64,000 bases of DNA from Alphaproteobacteria bacterium (GTDB taxonomy: Bacteria; Pseudomonadota; Alphaproteobacteria; Micavibrionales; Micavibrionaceae). The DNA is taken from assembly GCA_050633645.1 (NCBI GenBank), contig JBOEGX010000004.1:282248-346247 (forward strand), given 5' to 3'. Both the position numbers and the translations under genes were made by a program. The notes beneath the pieces are model-generated. The model saw nothing but the letters and a program-made list of their open reading frames with translations. It did not search any database and had not been told where the DNA came from. This document shows positions 37,638 through 47,013 of the stretch, piece by piece (the stretch's first letter is position 1; each line of letters starts with the position of its first letter).

Positions 37638-39689
37638 ATGTCTAATAATCCACTTCTTCAAAAATCCACATTGCCCAATCAAGCGCCGCATTTTGATCTG
37701 ATCAAGACAGAGCATTATTTGCCCGCGATTGAGACCGCGATAGAAGAAGCGCGCGGCAATATCGACAAAATCAAGGCCAATAAAGACGCGCCGACTTTTG
37801 AAAACACCATTATCGCCCTTGAAACCGCCAGCGAAACATTAGGAACAGCCGCAAGCGTGTTCTACAATCAACTCTCTGCAATGGGCGGCGATGCCCTGCA
37901 CGCTCTTGCAACTGAAATCGGCCCCATCAATTCAAACTTCTCAAGCGATGTGATGTTAGACGCAGGTTTATTCGCCCGCGTCAAAACCGTTTACGATGCC
38001 CAAGACACGTTAAACTTAAACACCGAGGAAAAAACCATCCTCGAAGACACCTATAAAGGCTTCGTCCGCAGTGGCGCGCTGCTTGATGACACGAAAAAAT
38101 CCCGCCTGCGTGAGATTAGCCAAGAGCTTTCCACCCTCAACCCCGCCTTCATGCAAAATACCGTTAAATCCGCGGAAAGCTTTGAGATGGTAATAGAGGA
38201 CAAAGCCAACCTCGCCGGTCTGCCCGATGGCGCAATCGATGCCGCCGCACACTCCGCCGAGGAAAAAGGCTATGACGGCAAATGGTTGATTACACTCGAC
38301 TACCCAAGCTACGGCCCATTCATGCAATATGCCGATAACCGCGATTTACGTGAAAAGCTCTGGCGTGCATTTTCCAACCGCGCATGGAAAGATGAATATG
38401 ATAACTCCGATAATATTAAAAAAATCATCGCCCTGAAAAAGGAACGCGCAAATATCTTGGGATACGAAACGCATGCACATTTCGTGCTGGAAGAGCGCAT
38501 GACAAAATCCCCCGAAACCGTTTTTGGCTTCCTTGATAAATTAAAATCCGCCTATAAACCCGCCGCAGAAAAAGATTTGGAAATGCTCAAAAACTTTGCC
38601 GAAAAGGAAAACGGCCTTGATGAGATCAAGCCATGGGATGTTGGCTATTATGGCGAAAAGCTCAAACAAAAACTGTTTAACTTCACAAGCGAAGACTTCC
38701 GCCCCTATTACCAACTTGATAAAGTTCTAGACGGTTGTTTCAATCATTTCAGCAAGTTATTCGGCTTAAAATTTAGCCAATCAGACAAATATGCGACATG
38801 GCATAAGGACGTAAAGGCCTTTGACGTAACCGATGAAAAGGACGGTACGTTTATCGGCACGCTGTTCGGTGACTTCCACCCACGCACAGGAAAAAACCAA
38901 GGCGCATGGAAAACAAGCTACCGCGATCAGGGGCTTTTCCATGGGAAAATTGAGCGCCCCGTTGTGGCGATTGTCTGTAACTTCACCAAACCAACAAAAG
39001 AACGCCCGTCCCTGCTCACCCATGGTGAGGTCACCACGCTCTACCATGAAATGGGACACGCCGTTCACGCTCTGCTCTCCGATGTCACATACCGCTCCCA
39101 CGCGGGCACATCCGTGCTTTGGGACTTTGTAGAGCTTCCCTCACAGCTTCAGGAAAACTGGTGCTATGAGAAAGAAGCCCTCGACACCTTCGCCGCTCAT
39201 TATAAAACGGGCGAAAAAATCCCCGCCGAACTTATCGACAAACTGCGCGCCTCTATGCATTTCATGGTGGGATTTGGCGGCTTACGTCAAGTATCCCTCG
39301 GCACACTCGATATGGCTTGGCACACTTGCGATCCATCCAAGGTCAATGATATCGATGCATTCGAGGACGAGGCAACAAAAGGACTGCGCCTCTTCCCACG
39401 CCTTGGCGGACCAACCTCCACAAGCTTCGGTCACATCTTCGCAGGCGGTTACAGCGCAGGATATTACAGCTATAAATGGGCGGAAGTCCTTGACGCCGAT
39501 ACGTTTGAGCTTTTCCTTGAAAAAGGCCTATACGACCAACAAACCGCACAAAGCTATCGCGATAATATCCTCTCTCGCGGCGGGAGTGAAAAGCCAGATA
39601 TCTTGTATAAACGCTTCCGTGGACGTGACGCCGACCCGGATGCACTTCTACGCCGCGAAGGTTTACTAAGTGATAAAAAGGCTGCATAA
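37638..39689 (+). CDS. dcp: M3-family peptidyl-dipeptidase Dcp / oligopeptidase
   Basis: Start MSNNPLLQKSTLPNQAPHFDLI. Zinc motif YHEMGHAVH. ~680 aa. Confidence 0.9.
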   Translation: MSNNPLLQKSTLPNQAPHFDLIKTEHYLPAIETAIEEARGNIDKIKANKDAPTFENTIIALETASETLGTAASVFYNQLSAMGGDALHALATEIGPINSNFSSDVMLDAGLFARVKTVYDAQDTLNLNTEEKTILEDTYKGFVRSGALLDDTKKSRLREISQELSTLNPAFMQNTVKSAESFEMVIEDKANLAGLPDGAIDAAAHSAEEKGYDGKWLITLDYPSYGPFMQYADNRDLREKLWRAFSNRAWKDEYDNSDNIKKIIALKKERANILGYETHAHFVLEERMTKSPETVFGFLDKLKSAYKPAAEKDLEMLKNFAEKENGLDEIKPWDVGYYGEKLKQKLFNFTSEDFRPYYQLDKVLDGCFNHFSKLFGLKFSQSDKYATWHKDVKAFDVTDEKDGTFIGTLFGDFHPRTGKNQGAWKTSYRDQGLFHGKIERPVVAIVCNFTKPTKERPSLLTHGEVTTLYHEMGHAVHALLSDVTYRSHAGTSVLWDFVELPSQLQENWCYEKEALDTFAAHYKTGEKIPAELIDKLRASMHFMVGFGGLRQVSLGTLDMAWHTCDPSKVNDIDAFEDEATKGLRLFPRLGGPTSTSFGHIFAGGYSAGYYSYKWAEVLDADTFELFLEKGLYDQQTAQSYRDNILSRGGSEKPDILYKRFRGRDADPDALLRREGLLSDKKAA

Positions 39690-39695
39690 CCAACC

Positions 39696-40295
39696 ATGAC
39701 AAAAGAAAAACAGGAAAAGTCAAAACAACCTAAAAAGGGCATAAGCCTCTGGCAAGGATTTTGGCTTATTGCCTTCGTGGCGTTCCTGTTTTTTGTAACA
39801 CCATTATTTAGTTTTCTTGTCTCATTAATCCCGCCCACAATCGTCAAAGACATCATGTCACCATATTATCAAGATGTCATACTAGATGAGCGCGCATCAC
39901 GCCTGTCTGAGCCATTAAAATACGATAAAAATGCCCCTTACGATGTATTAGGACGGGACAGCGGTGTTTGTTTTAAATTCCACTCCACCCGCAAACACCC
40001 AACCCCAGATAACATCGATCAATACCGCCTTGATAAGGCATTCCACGGCAAGAAAATCGCAGAAATAATTATTGTTGATGAAAATAAAAAACAATACGAG
40101 CTAAAAGAAACAAGCCTGACCGAAGGCATCGAATACCCCGATGGAGCGCCAGAGCGCCGCTATTCCATTATTTGCCAGCGCATAGGCAAAACTCATATCT
40201 ATATCCCCGATAAAGTGACAGGAATATTCATCCGCCCGCTTGAACCCTTCACCCCCGCCGCAATCATATGGGCCACGCGTAAGGAATGGCATTAA
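39696..40295 (+). CDS. Hypothetical membrane-anchored protein (199 aa)
   Basis: Lys-rich N-terminus, then two hydrophobic segments. Starts 7 nt after the dcp stop. Confidence 0.55.
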   Translation: MTKEKQEKSKQPKKGISLWQGFWLIAFVAFLFFVTPLFSFLVSLIPPTIVKDIMSPYYQDVILDERASRLSEPLKYDKNAPYDVLGRDSGVCFKFHSTRKHPTPDNIDQYRLDKAFHGKKIAEIIIVDENKKQYELKETSLTEGIEYPDGAPERRYSIICQRIGKTHIYIPDKVTGIFIRPLEPFTPAAIIWATRKEWH

Positions 40296-40296
40296 C

Positions 40297-40917
40297 ATGC
40301 TAACATTTTCAACAATCCTCGCCTTTATGGGCACATGCGCGATCATCGAGTCCACCCCCGGCCCCAATATGGGCTACCTCGCCATACTGAGCCTATCAAA
40401 CGGCCGGCGCGCAGGCTTCGCCGCAACCATCGGCATCGCATTAGGGCTTCTCATCGTCGGCCTAGCCGCCGCGCTCGGAATCGCCGCAATAATATCAAGC
40501 TCGCCCGTCCTTTATCAATCACTGCGATGGGGCGGCGTTGGGTATATGCTCTACCTCGCTTGGGAAGGGTGGCGCGGCGAAGAGGAAACCTCCGCAAGTG
40601 CCACAAAAACTGATACACATGCAAAGTTTTTCAAACGCGGTTTAATTGTAAACCTCCTAAACCCAAAAGCCGCAGTTTTCTACGTCGCCATTTTACCAAG
40701 CTTTGTTGAAGTAAGCACCGCCATTCTTCCACAAACCATAATCCTAACACTCATTTTTGTTGCCATCGCCACCACAATCCACGGCCTGGTTGTCATGTTG
40801 GCGGGGTCATTGCGCCCCTATCTCGAAAATCCGCGCTATAACATGATTGCCCGCCGCGTGTTATCCATCCTCCTCGCCCTCGTCGCCATTTGGTTTGGAT
40901 TTGATACGGCAAGATAG
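40297..40917 (+). CDS. LysE/RhtB family amino-acid exporter
   Basis: Start MLTFSTILAFMGTCAIIESTPGPNMGYL (PGPN motif). ~6 TM, ~206 aa. Confidence 0.9.
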   Translation: MLTFSTILAFMGTCAIIESTPGPNMGYLAILSLSNGRRAGFAATIGIALGLLIVGLAAALGIAAIISSSPVLYQSLRWGGVGYMLYLAWEGWRGEEETSASATKTDTHAKFFKRGLIVNLLNPKAAVFYVAILPSFVEVSTAILPQTIILTLIFVAIATTIHGLVVMLAGSLRPYLENPRYNMIARRVLSILLALVAIWFGFDTAR

Positions 40918-41005
40918 AAATTTGGCGAAACCTGTAGGTCAAGTTAAAAACCAGTATTTGCCTTTTCTAACAGTCCTATGCTAAAATCATCGGCATGAGG
41001 GTGAT

Positions 41006-42289
41006 ATGAAAAACAATAAAAATAATGAGAACATAGCAACTCATTTACAAAAAGAACCTGCTGCAAACCCAGCAGACATCGCGGATGAAAAAAAGAGTAC
41101 ATGGTTCTCTTTTACCAATAATATCCCAAAATCAAAAACGGAGCTTAAAGAAGCTGCGAACAATGTCTTTGAAACCACTAAGCGCTATTTTACTGAATCC
41201 TCACAAAATGACAACCGATCAGCACCTGGGAAAATGCGCGATGCCGCCATATCACTCGCAACCAGTCCGACCGTCGCTTTCAATCTCGCAAATATATTTT
41301 TCTGCGCCGCCACAAATAACCCAGTTGGAACAGCAATATCATCGACAATGACAGCCGTATCATCAGGCATGACCGTAATAGATAGCTGGAAAAACCGCCC
41401 TGAAAGCAGTTCTTACAAAGCGAATGCTATTTACCAAGGAAGCCTTGGCCTAAGCTATCTTCCAAAATTAGCGTCAGCAGACCCAACTGTGTTAATTGAC
41501 GCCGCAAAAGGCATTGGTATGTATTCCTTTGCTACCGCGGGGCATTGGCTTCGCGCCTCTGAGGAAAAAGAGGCCGAAGAGGCAGGCCTTTCCATGGATG
41601 AATATTATCAGGCCTTTTCTAAAGGCCCCGGAAAATATAGCCAAACATATTATGGCGTAACTGAATTTATAGCGGTAAATTCCGCTCATGACCCCAGTGC
41701 AGTTGCATCTGTATTGGCTTTGGCGGGAATAGGTCGTGCCCTCAACGATCAAAAATTTTGGGATCTTGAAGGTACAAAATTACAAGCTCTTCGGCAAGCG
41801 ACGGCACCCCGAATTTTCGGTGCAGGCTACGCAATTTCTGCTACAACTGCCGCTCTCCAAGGGGACTTTATGTTCGCCGCTTCTCAGGTCGGCTGGGGTT
41901 GGGGAAATCTGAACTTTGACTTAATTGGCCCAAAGGTGAAAAAGGCCATAAAAAATAAATACGCAAATGAACCTGAGCTTGCCCAAAATGCCTTGGATAA
42001 CTTAAAAACCGTAAAAGAAGAGCTTAAAGAAATAAAAGAAGAAACTACATTTTTGGCTGATGCTATTCAAAATCAAAACTGGGACGGAGCAGCACAAGAG
42101 GCCATAGATTTATATGAAGATGCGCAAACACATAGCCGAAGAAACCTTTACTCAGAATATATAAAAGCTATATCACCAGCCTCGCATTTTGCTCGTAAAT
42201 ACCTAGATTCAGAGAATATATCGTGGAAAGACCTGCGTAGCATAAGTGAAAAAGAGACAGAAATAGATTTAACTCCCGAAGTATCTTAA
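41006..42289 (+). CDS. Hypothetical protein (427 aa)
   Basis: GAGGGTGA SD. Polar N-terminus, central hydrophobic/Gly-Ala segments, Lys/Glu-rich helical C-terminus. No family recognised. Confidence 0.55.
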   Translation: MKNNKNNENIATHLQKEPAANPADIADEKKSTWFSFTNNIPKSKTELKEAANNVFETTKRYFTESSQNDNRSAPGKMRDAAISLATSPTVAFNLANIFFCAATNNPVGTAISSTMTAVSSGMTVIDSWKNRPESSSYKANAIYQGSLGLSYLPKLASADPTVLIDAAKGIGMYSFATAGHWLRASEEKEAEEAGLSMDEYYQAFSKGPGKYSQTYYGVTEFIAVNSAHDPSAVASVLALAGIGRALNDQKFWDLEGTKLQALRQATAPRIFGAGYAISATTAALQGDFMFAASQVGWGWGNLNFDLIGPKVKKAIKNKYANEPELAQNALDNLKTVKEELKEIKEETTFLADAIQNQNWDGAAQEAIDLYEDAQTHSRRNLYSEYIKAISPASHFARKYLDSENISWKDLRSISEKETEIDLTPEVS

Positions 42290-42324
42290 TGAACATTTGA
42301 CATTAACGCACCAAAAAACCACAG

Positions 42325-42363
42325 ACGCAGCAACGATGCCACAAAATAAATCCAAGCGACTAC
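42325..42363 (+). repeat. Solo right-arm fragment of the intergenic element
   Basis: ACGCAGCAACGATGCCACAAAATAAATCCAAGCGACTAC aligns to the right arm of copy C (GCGAAGTAACGATGTCACAGAATAAGTGCAAATAACTAT). No left arm or apical hairpin. Confidence 0.6.
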
Positions 42364-42365
42364 AC

Positions 42366-43262
42366 CTAAAACATCTCCATCAACATACACCGCGCAGAGC
42401 CACCACCGTATTTTTCGAGTGTCGTCAGATCAGGTGTAATAATGGTGTTATAATGCTTCCGAATGACTGAGATCTGCGCGTCGTCCAACGCCTCAAGCGC
42501 CGCATTTGAAAAGGTGAGCATCCGCTCCCCGCCTGCGCCGATAACCTCAAGCGCATTCCCGCAATTCGCACGCAGCTGCGCCATAGACAGCTCAACCACC
42601 TCATGTGTTTCGCGCAATCGCGCAACAACCGCGCTTCGCACCGCCTCATCCGTAATACATTCCGCGCAAATCGCCGCCATATCACTGCCGATATACATCA
42701 AAAAATCGGTATGATAAACGGGAATCCCCGCATGCGAGGCCGTATCAAACGCCATCACGTCATAGCCCATGAAATCCGCCCATTTTTCAACCAGCTCAGG
42801 CGCCGTCCGCCGCGACAACCCCGAATAAGCGCGCTTATTCACATGATCCGACACAATACTCGCGGTGCTTTCAAGGGCGATGCCTTGCGCTTCATACCCG
42901 CTCCAATCCTCCACCTTGGGGTAATAGCGTTTCAAGAAGGATATAATTTCAGGCGTACGCTCGGCCTGTCGATTCTGATTAAGCATAGGATAAAGGATCA
43001 TCCGCCCGTCATCATATACCGACGCCCAGTTTGGAAACACCATATCGGGACAATCGGGGTGACCATTGACGGTGGTGATAATCACGCCCTTCTCCACCAA
43101 CATCTCACGATAGGCGTTAAACTCCGCCATCGCCCCCGCCAAAATAACATCCTTCGGCTGGGCCACGCCCTCAATTTGATACGCATTCGTATCCATCGTT
43201 TGCGGATTGGCAAAAAACACCTCCGGCCGCACCATTAAAATATGATTTGTAGATTGCTTCAT
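42366..43262 (-). CDS. Amidinotransferase/arginine-deiminase-superfamily hydrolase (CtlX-like)
   Basis: ~298 aa. ILMVRPEVF N-terminus. C-terminal catalytic GGGSARCM. Confidence 0.75.
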   Translation of the reverse strand: MKQSTNHILMVRPEVFFANPQTMDTNAYQIEGVAQPKDVILAGAMAEFNAYREMLVEKGVIITTVNGHPDCPDMVFPNWASVYDDGRMILYPMLNQNRQAERTPEIISFLKRYYPKVEDWSGYEAQGIALESTASIVSDHVNKRAYSGLSRRTAPELVEKWADFMGYDVMAFDTASHAGIPVYHTDFLMYIGSDMAAICAECITDEAVRSAVVARLRETHEVVELSMAQLRANCGNALEVIGAGGERMLTFSNAALEALDDAQISVIRKHYNTIITPDLTTLEKYGGGSARCMLMEMF

Positions 43263-43344
43263 TATTTCCCCGATTAATATGATATGAACAAACGAATGCC
43301 TTAAGCATTTATCCTATCATAAACCAGTGATAGTTCAGAAGGGG

Positions 43345-43641
43345 TTAAACTGTTCTTTTAAAAACCTTGAGGCGTTTTTGATCGATGATGTTAATGGCCT
43401 TTTGCGTCATGGGGGCATCAAACCCCGCCCGCGAAAGTTTTTTCAGGCGATCACGCAAATATGACGCGCCCACGCTGTAATCATCTTCACTATCTTTGTA
43501 ATAAATCACACGAAAACCCATCGGGTCTTCATTCATCTCACAAGACTCAACACTTACATCACGAATATCACATTCCCAATTTGCAAGCCTTAAATTTGAT
43601 GACACTCCGCCAGAGGCGTTATTATACGCTGGATTAAACAT
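43345..43641 (-). CDS. Hypothetical small protein (~98 aa)
   Basis: ATG 43641 preceded by GGGAGGG. No family recognised. Confidence 0.5.
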   Translation of the reverse strand: MFNPAYNNASGGVSSNLRLANWECDIRDVSVESCEMNEDPMGFRVIYYKDSEDDYSVGASYLRDRLKKLSRAGFDAPMTQKAINIIDQKRLKVFKRTV

Positions 43642-43777
43642 ATTTTTCCCTCCCACAAGAAAAATTGGTACATTCACACTTAATGATTAATCGGATCATA
43701 GCAAAAATATTCCATTTTTCCTAAGGAAAACGAAATATGTGAAAAGACTTATTCACATAACGCTCAAAAATGCCCGT

Positions 43778-44416
43778 TCATGTATTCAGAAAAGCAGATT
43801 CCTGACGCGTGACAAAATCAAAATCGCTTTGGCGCTTGAGGAAAAACCGCGTCACCGCACCATTATCTGGTAAAAAATGAATACGGCGAAGGCTTTTACC
43901 GCCCAAGTCTTCTCCCATCAGGCCAAGCTCCTTACGGGATAGGTATTCCTTCACAAAAACACTTGTTTTCATTCCGGCATCATCTTGACCATCAATTTCC
44001 GCGCCACCAAATAGACGGATACGGATACGGTTTTTCGCAGCGCCATGCTTTTTCATCTCTGCAATCGCCTCTTCAATAGGTGATAATGCACGCGCAACAT
44101 CTTCAGGCGGAGCTTTATCCAAATTCGGAAACACTTGCAATAAGCTTCTTGGCAAAACAACATAGGCCATCACACCGACATGAAGTTTTTCATCATAAAT
44201 CGTAAGAGCGACCCCGCTCCCCACTGTGGAAACAAGCATCCCATGCGGCTCATCCAGAAAGCCAATCTCGCCAGGTTTCAAATCCAAAGCAGCCCGTTCA
44301 AATTTCGAGTTAAACGAGGCATCCGCAGAGTCCTTACGCCGACACTGATCCACGGAAAAGCTATAGACCTGCCCCTTAGGCTTCTGATCATTATCGCCAT
44401 TGGTATTCTCTATCAT
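43778..44416 (-). CDS. CheD-like protein with substituted catalytic residues
   Basis: LKPGEIGFLDEPHGMLVSTVGSGVALTIYDEKLHVGVMAYVVLP aligns to the CheD core (..GE......L.T.LGSCV.V...D......G..H..LP), with Cys to Gly and His to Tyr. Confidence 0.65.
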   Translation of the reverse strand: MIENTNGDNDQKPKGQVYSFSVDQCRRKDSADASFNSKFERAALDLKPGEIGFLDEPHGMLVSTVGSGVALTIYDEKLHVGVMAYVVLPRSLLQVFPNLDKAPPEDVARALSPIEEAIAEMKKHGAAKNRIRIRLFGGAEIDGQDDAGMKTSVFVKEYLSRKELGLMGEDLGGKSLRRIHFLPDNGAVTRFFLKRQSDFDFVTRQESAFLNT

Positions 44417-44511
44417 GAAATCAAACCTTATTTATGTAATCTATATACATGACCTAAAGTCAGGTCATATCCCGTGACATACTACATCCATAATATTAAC
44501 AAAACCCTATC

Positions 44512-45477
44512 TCATAAGGATTTTAATCTCTTATAATCTTGATAGCATTGTACCAATCCATCGCCAAGGCATGTTTTAGGATGCCATCCAGCATCCAATA
44601 ACCGCTGACAATCAAGAACTTTACGCGGCATCCCGTCAGGTTTGGAAGGATCAAAAACGATACCCCCCTTCCCCTTATATCCAACAACATCGCGGACTTT
44701 CTCCGCTAAGCTTTTAATCGAAACCTCTTCCCCTGATCCCACGTTAATATGTTGCGCCCCATTATACCGCCGTAGCAACAATATCAGGGCATCCGCCAGA
44801 TCATCTACATATAAGAATTCGCGCAAAGGCGTTCCGCTCCCCCATAATGTAACCGAGGGCGCGCGCTCTTCTAATGCCTTATCTATTTTCATGATCATCG
44901 CAGGAATAACATGTGATTGCTCGGCATCATATGTATCGCCAACACCATAAAGGTTGCACGGCATCGCCGAAATAAAATCACACCCATATTGCGCACGGTA
45001 ATATTCTGCCATCTTCAACCCCGCAATTTTTGCCAACGCATACCCCTCATTCGTCGGCTCCAACGCCCCTGATAACAAAGAGTCTTCTTTAATTGGCTGC
45101 TCTGAGTTTCTAGGGTAAATACATGACGACCCCAAGAATAACAAACGACTCGTTTTGTTTTTATGCGCCGCATGCATAATATTCGCGACAATCATCATAT
45201 TATCATAGAAAAATGCGGCAGGCTGCATGGAATTAGCCATAATCCCACCAACCTTCGCCGCTGCAATAACAATGACATCGGGCTTGTTTTCCGCCATCCA
45301 ATTATTAACTGCGCCTTGATCCCGTAAATCAAGATCATCATGAGATATGGTTAAAACCTCACGGCAATCACCCGCCAATCGGCGGCACAACGCCGCACCG
45401 ACCATCCCTGCATGCCCTGCAACCCATATACGCTTTGTACTTAAATCATATGGTTGATCAAGCCAAGCCGTGCCCAT
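44512..45477 (-). CDS. fcl: GDP-L-fucose synthase
   Basis: IWVAGHAGMVGAAL Rossmann motif, AAAKVGGIMAN, LLFLGSSCIYP, YALAK. Confidence 0.93.
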   Translation of the reverse strand: MGTAWLDQPYDLSTKRIWVAGHAGMVGAALCRRLAGDCREVLTISHDDLDLRDQGAVNNWMAENKPDVIVIAAAKVGGIMANSMQPAAFFYDNMMIVANIMHAAHKNKTSRLLFLGSSCIYPRNSEQPIKEDSLLSGALEPTNEGYALAKIAGLKMAEYYRAQYGCDFISAMPCNLYGVGDTYDAEQSHVIPAMIMKIDKALEERAPSVTLWGSGTPLREFLYVDDLADALILLLRRYNGAQHINVGSGEEVSIKSLAEKVRDVVGYKGKGGIVFDPSKPDGMPRKVLDCQRLLDAGWHPKTCLGDGLVQCYQDYKRLKSL

Positions 45478-45479
45478 CT

Positions 45480-46472
45480 CTACTCTGCCGCCTGCATGAC
45501 ATCTTGCGCCGTGGCCCCATCACGCTTGGCTTGCAGAGCCTCTTTCTTCTCCGCACTCAAAAACGGCCAAAGAAGCTGATCAGAAAACTTCACGGGCATA
45601 TAATCCGTAATCCCAATATTAACAGGCGGGCGACGATCTTCATGGAAAAATGTGCCAAAAACCATATCCCAAATCATAACATTCTCGCCGTAATTGGTGT
45701 TCCCCTCACGAAGCTTTTTACTATGGTGCCAACGATGAAGCTCTGGCGTGTTAAAAATATAAGATAACGGGCCAAAGCGCATTTCAACATTACAATGGGT
45801 CAACATCCCAATAAACGCCGTCACCGCCGCCAACCACATAATAACATCCATCGATGCGCCCAAAATAACAAACGGTATCATCCCCAAAACAATGCTATAC
45901 AGCGCATCAATAAAATGAAAACGCCCTGTATTTACAATCCAAAGTTTTTGAACGCTGTGGTGAATAGCATGAAACCGCCAGATAAAGGGAACTTCATGCG
46001 CACTTCTATGTGCCCAATACAACGCAAATTCCGATGCAACCACCGCCAACACGACTTGTGCGTATAACGGCCAATCCGACGGCCACAGATCAAAACCAAA
46101 TAAGCCACTTTCCCCGCCAGTAAAAATCTTCGCACCAATATAACCATTCACAACCAAAAGGATTTGCGTTGTCCCCTTGCTCGTCAGTGTATGCGCGATG
46201 TTTGAAAATGTCTGCCCGTCCGACTTATGCCATTGACGCTCATGCGGCATCACGCGCTCTAGCCAGAGCAACGACACAATCAAAAACACATACGCCCCAT
46301 TAAAGCATAAAAAGGGCATAATCTTATCATCTTGCGAGAAACCAAAGGCCGTAACACTCATACATGCAATAAAAAGAAAAGGCCAAAGAACCCAAGACGC
46401 CAAATATTTTATTGTCCCACCATCCCCGGTTCCTGTATTTTGACGTTGTCTTTTCATTCTAAAACCTTCCAT
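45480..46472 (-). CDS. Fatty acid hydroxylase / sterol desaturase family membrane protein
   Basis: His boxes HRSAHE, HAIHHS, HRWHHS. N-terminal TM helices. Ends 2 nt before the fcl start. Confidence 0.85.
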   Translation of the reverse strand: MEGFRMKRQRQNTGTGDGGTIKYLASWVLWPFLFIACMSVTAFGFSQDDKIMPFLCFNGAYVFLIVSLLWLERVMPHERQWHKSDGQTFSNIAHTLTSKGTTQILLVVNGYIGAKIFTGGESGLFGFDLWPSDWPLYAQVVLAVVASEFALYWAHRSAHEVPFIWRFHAIHHSVQKLWIVNTGRFHFIDALYSIVLGMIPFVILGASMDVIMWLAAVTAFIGMLTHCNVEMRFGPLSYIFNTPELHRWHHSKKLREGNTNYGENVMIWDMVFGTFFHEDRRPPVNIGITDYMPVKFSDQLLWPFLSAEKKEALQAKRDGATAQDVMQAAE

Positions 46473-46511
46473 AAAAAATGGATATTAAACAAACTATATT
46501 AAATCACAAGA

Positions 46512-46976
46512 CTACAATTCAGTGGATGGTAATTGCGAAATAGGCTCACTTCTCGGCGGAAGCAATGTTTCCAAATCAGGCATCGTATCAGGTGGCAAAG
46601 TCGCGGGATCAACGCCGTTTAAAAGATAAGATACATCTTTAAGTTCTCGCATAACCTGAAGCCGCGACAACATAAATTCAACATCACTGCATGCCTTACC
46701 ACCCTCTTTTAATTTACGGGCCGTATCGATTTTATTTTTATCCCGCAAAGTCACTAACGCCGCATATTCATTCTCTGAAAGATCCTTCATATCCTTAAAC
46801 TTACTCAAGAATTTCTCGGCAATATCGCTATCTTTTTCACAAAACAGATTATAAGAATCGGCTTGCGTCGCATAAATCACCGCCCGCGCCATCATCTCAA
46901 ATTCGGGCTTTTCCGCCGCCATTAAGGAAAACGGAAAACACGTACACACCAAAATAGATACAAATCTTTTCATCAT
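46512..46976 (-). CDS. Hypothetical exported protein (~154 aa)
   Basis: Start MMKRFVSILVCTCFPFSLMAAE (signal peptide). No family recognised. Confidence 0.5.
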   Translation of the reverse strand: MMKRFVSILVCTCFPFSLMAAEKPEFEMMARAVIYATQADSYNLFCEKDSDIAEKFLSKFKDMKDLSENEYAALVTLRDKNKIDTARKLKEGGKACSDVEFMLSRLQVMRELKDVSYLLNGVDPATLPPDTMPDLETLLPPRSEPISQLPSTEL

Positions 46977-47013
46977 AAAACAGAGCTTATAATATAATAA
47001 GACTTTTGAAAAG

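Noticed and set aside
44449-44468. 7-bp hairpin ATGACCT-aaagtc-AGGTCAT between fcl and the CheD-like gene
   Set aside because: A single occurrence with no U-tract on either strand. It could be an operator or a weak terminator, but nothing further supports either.
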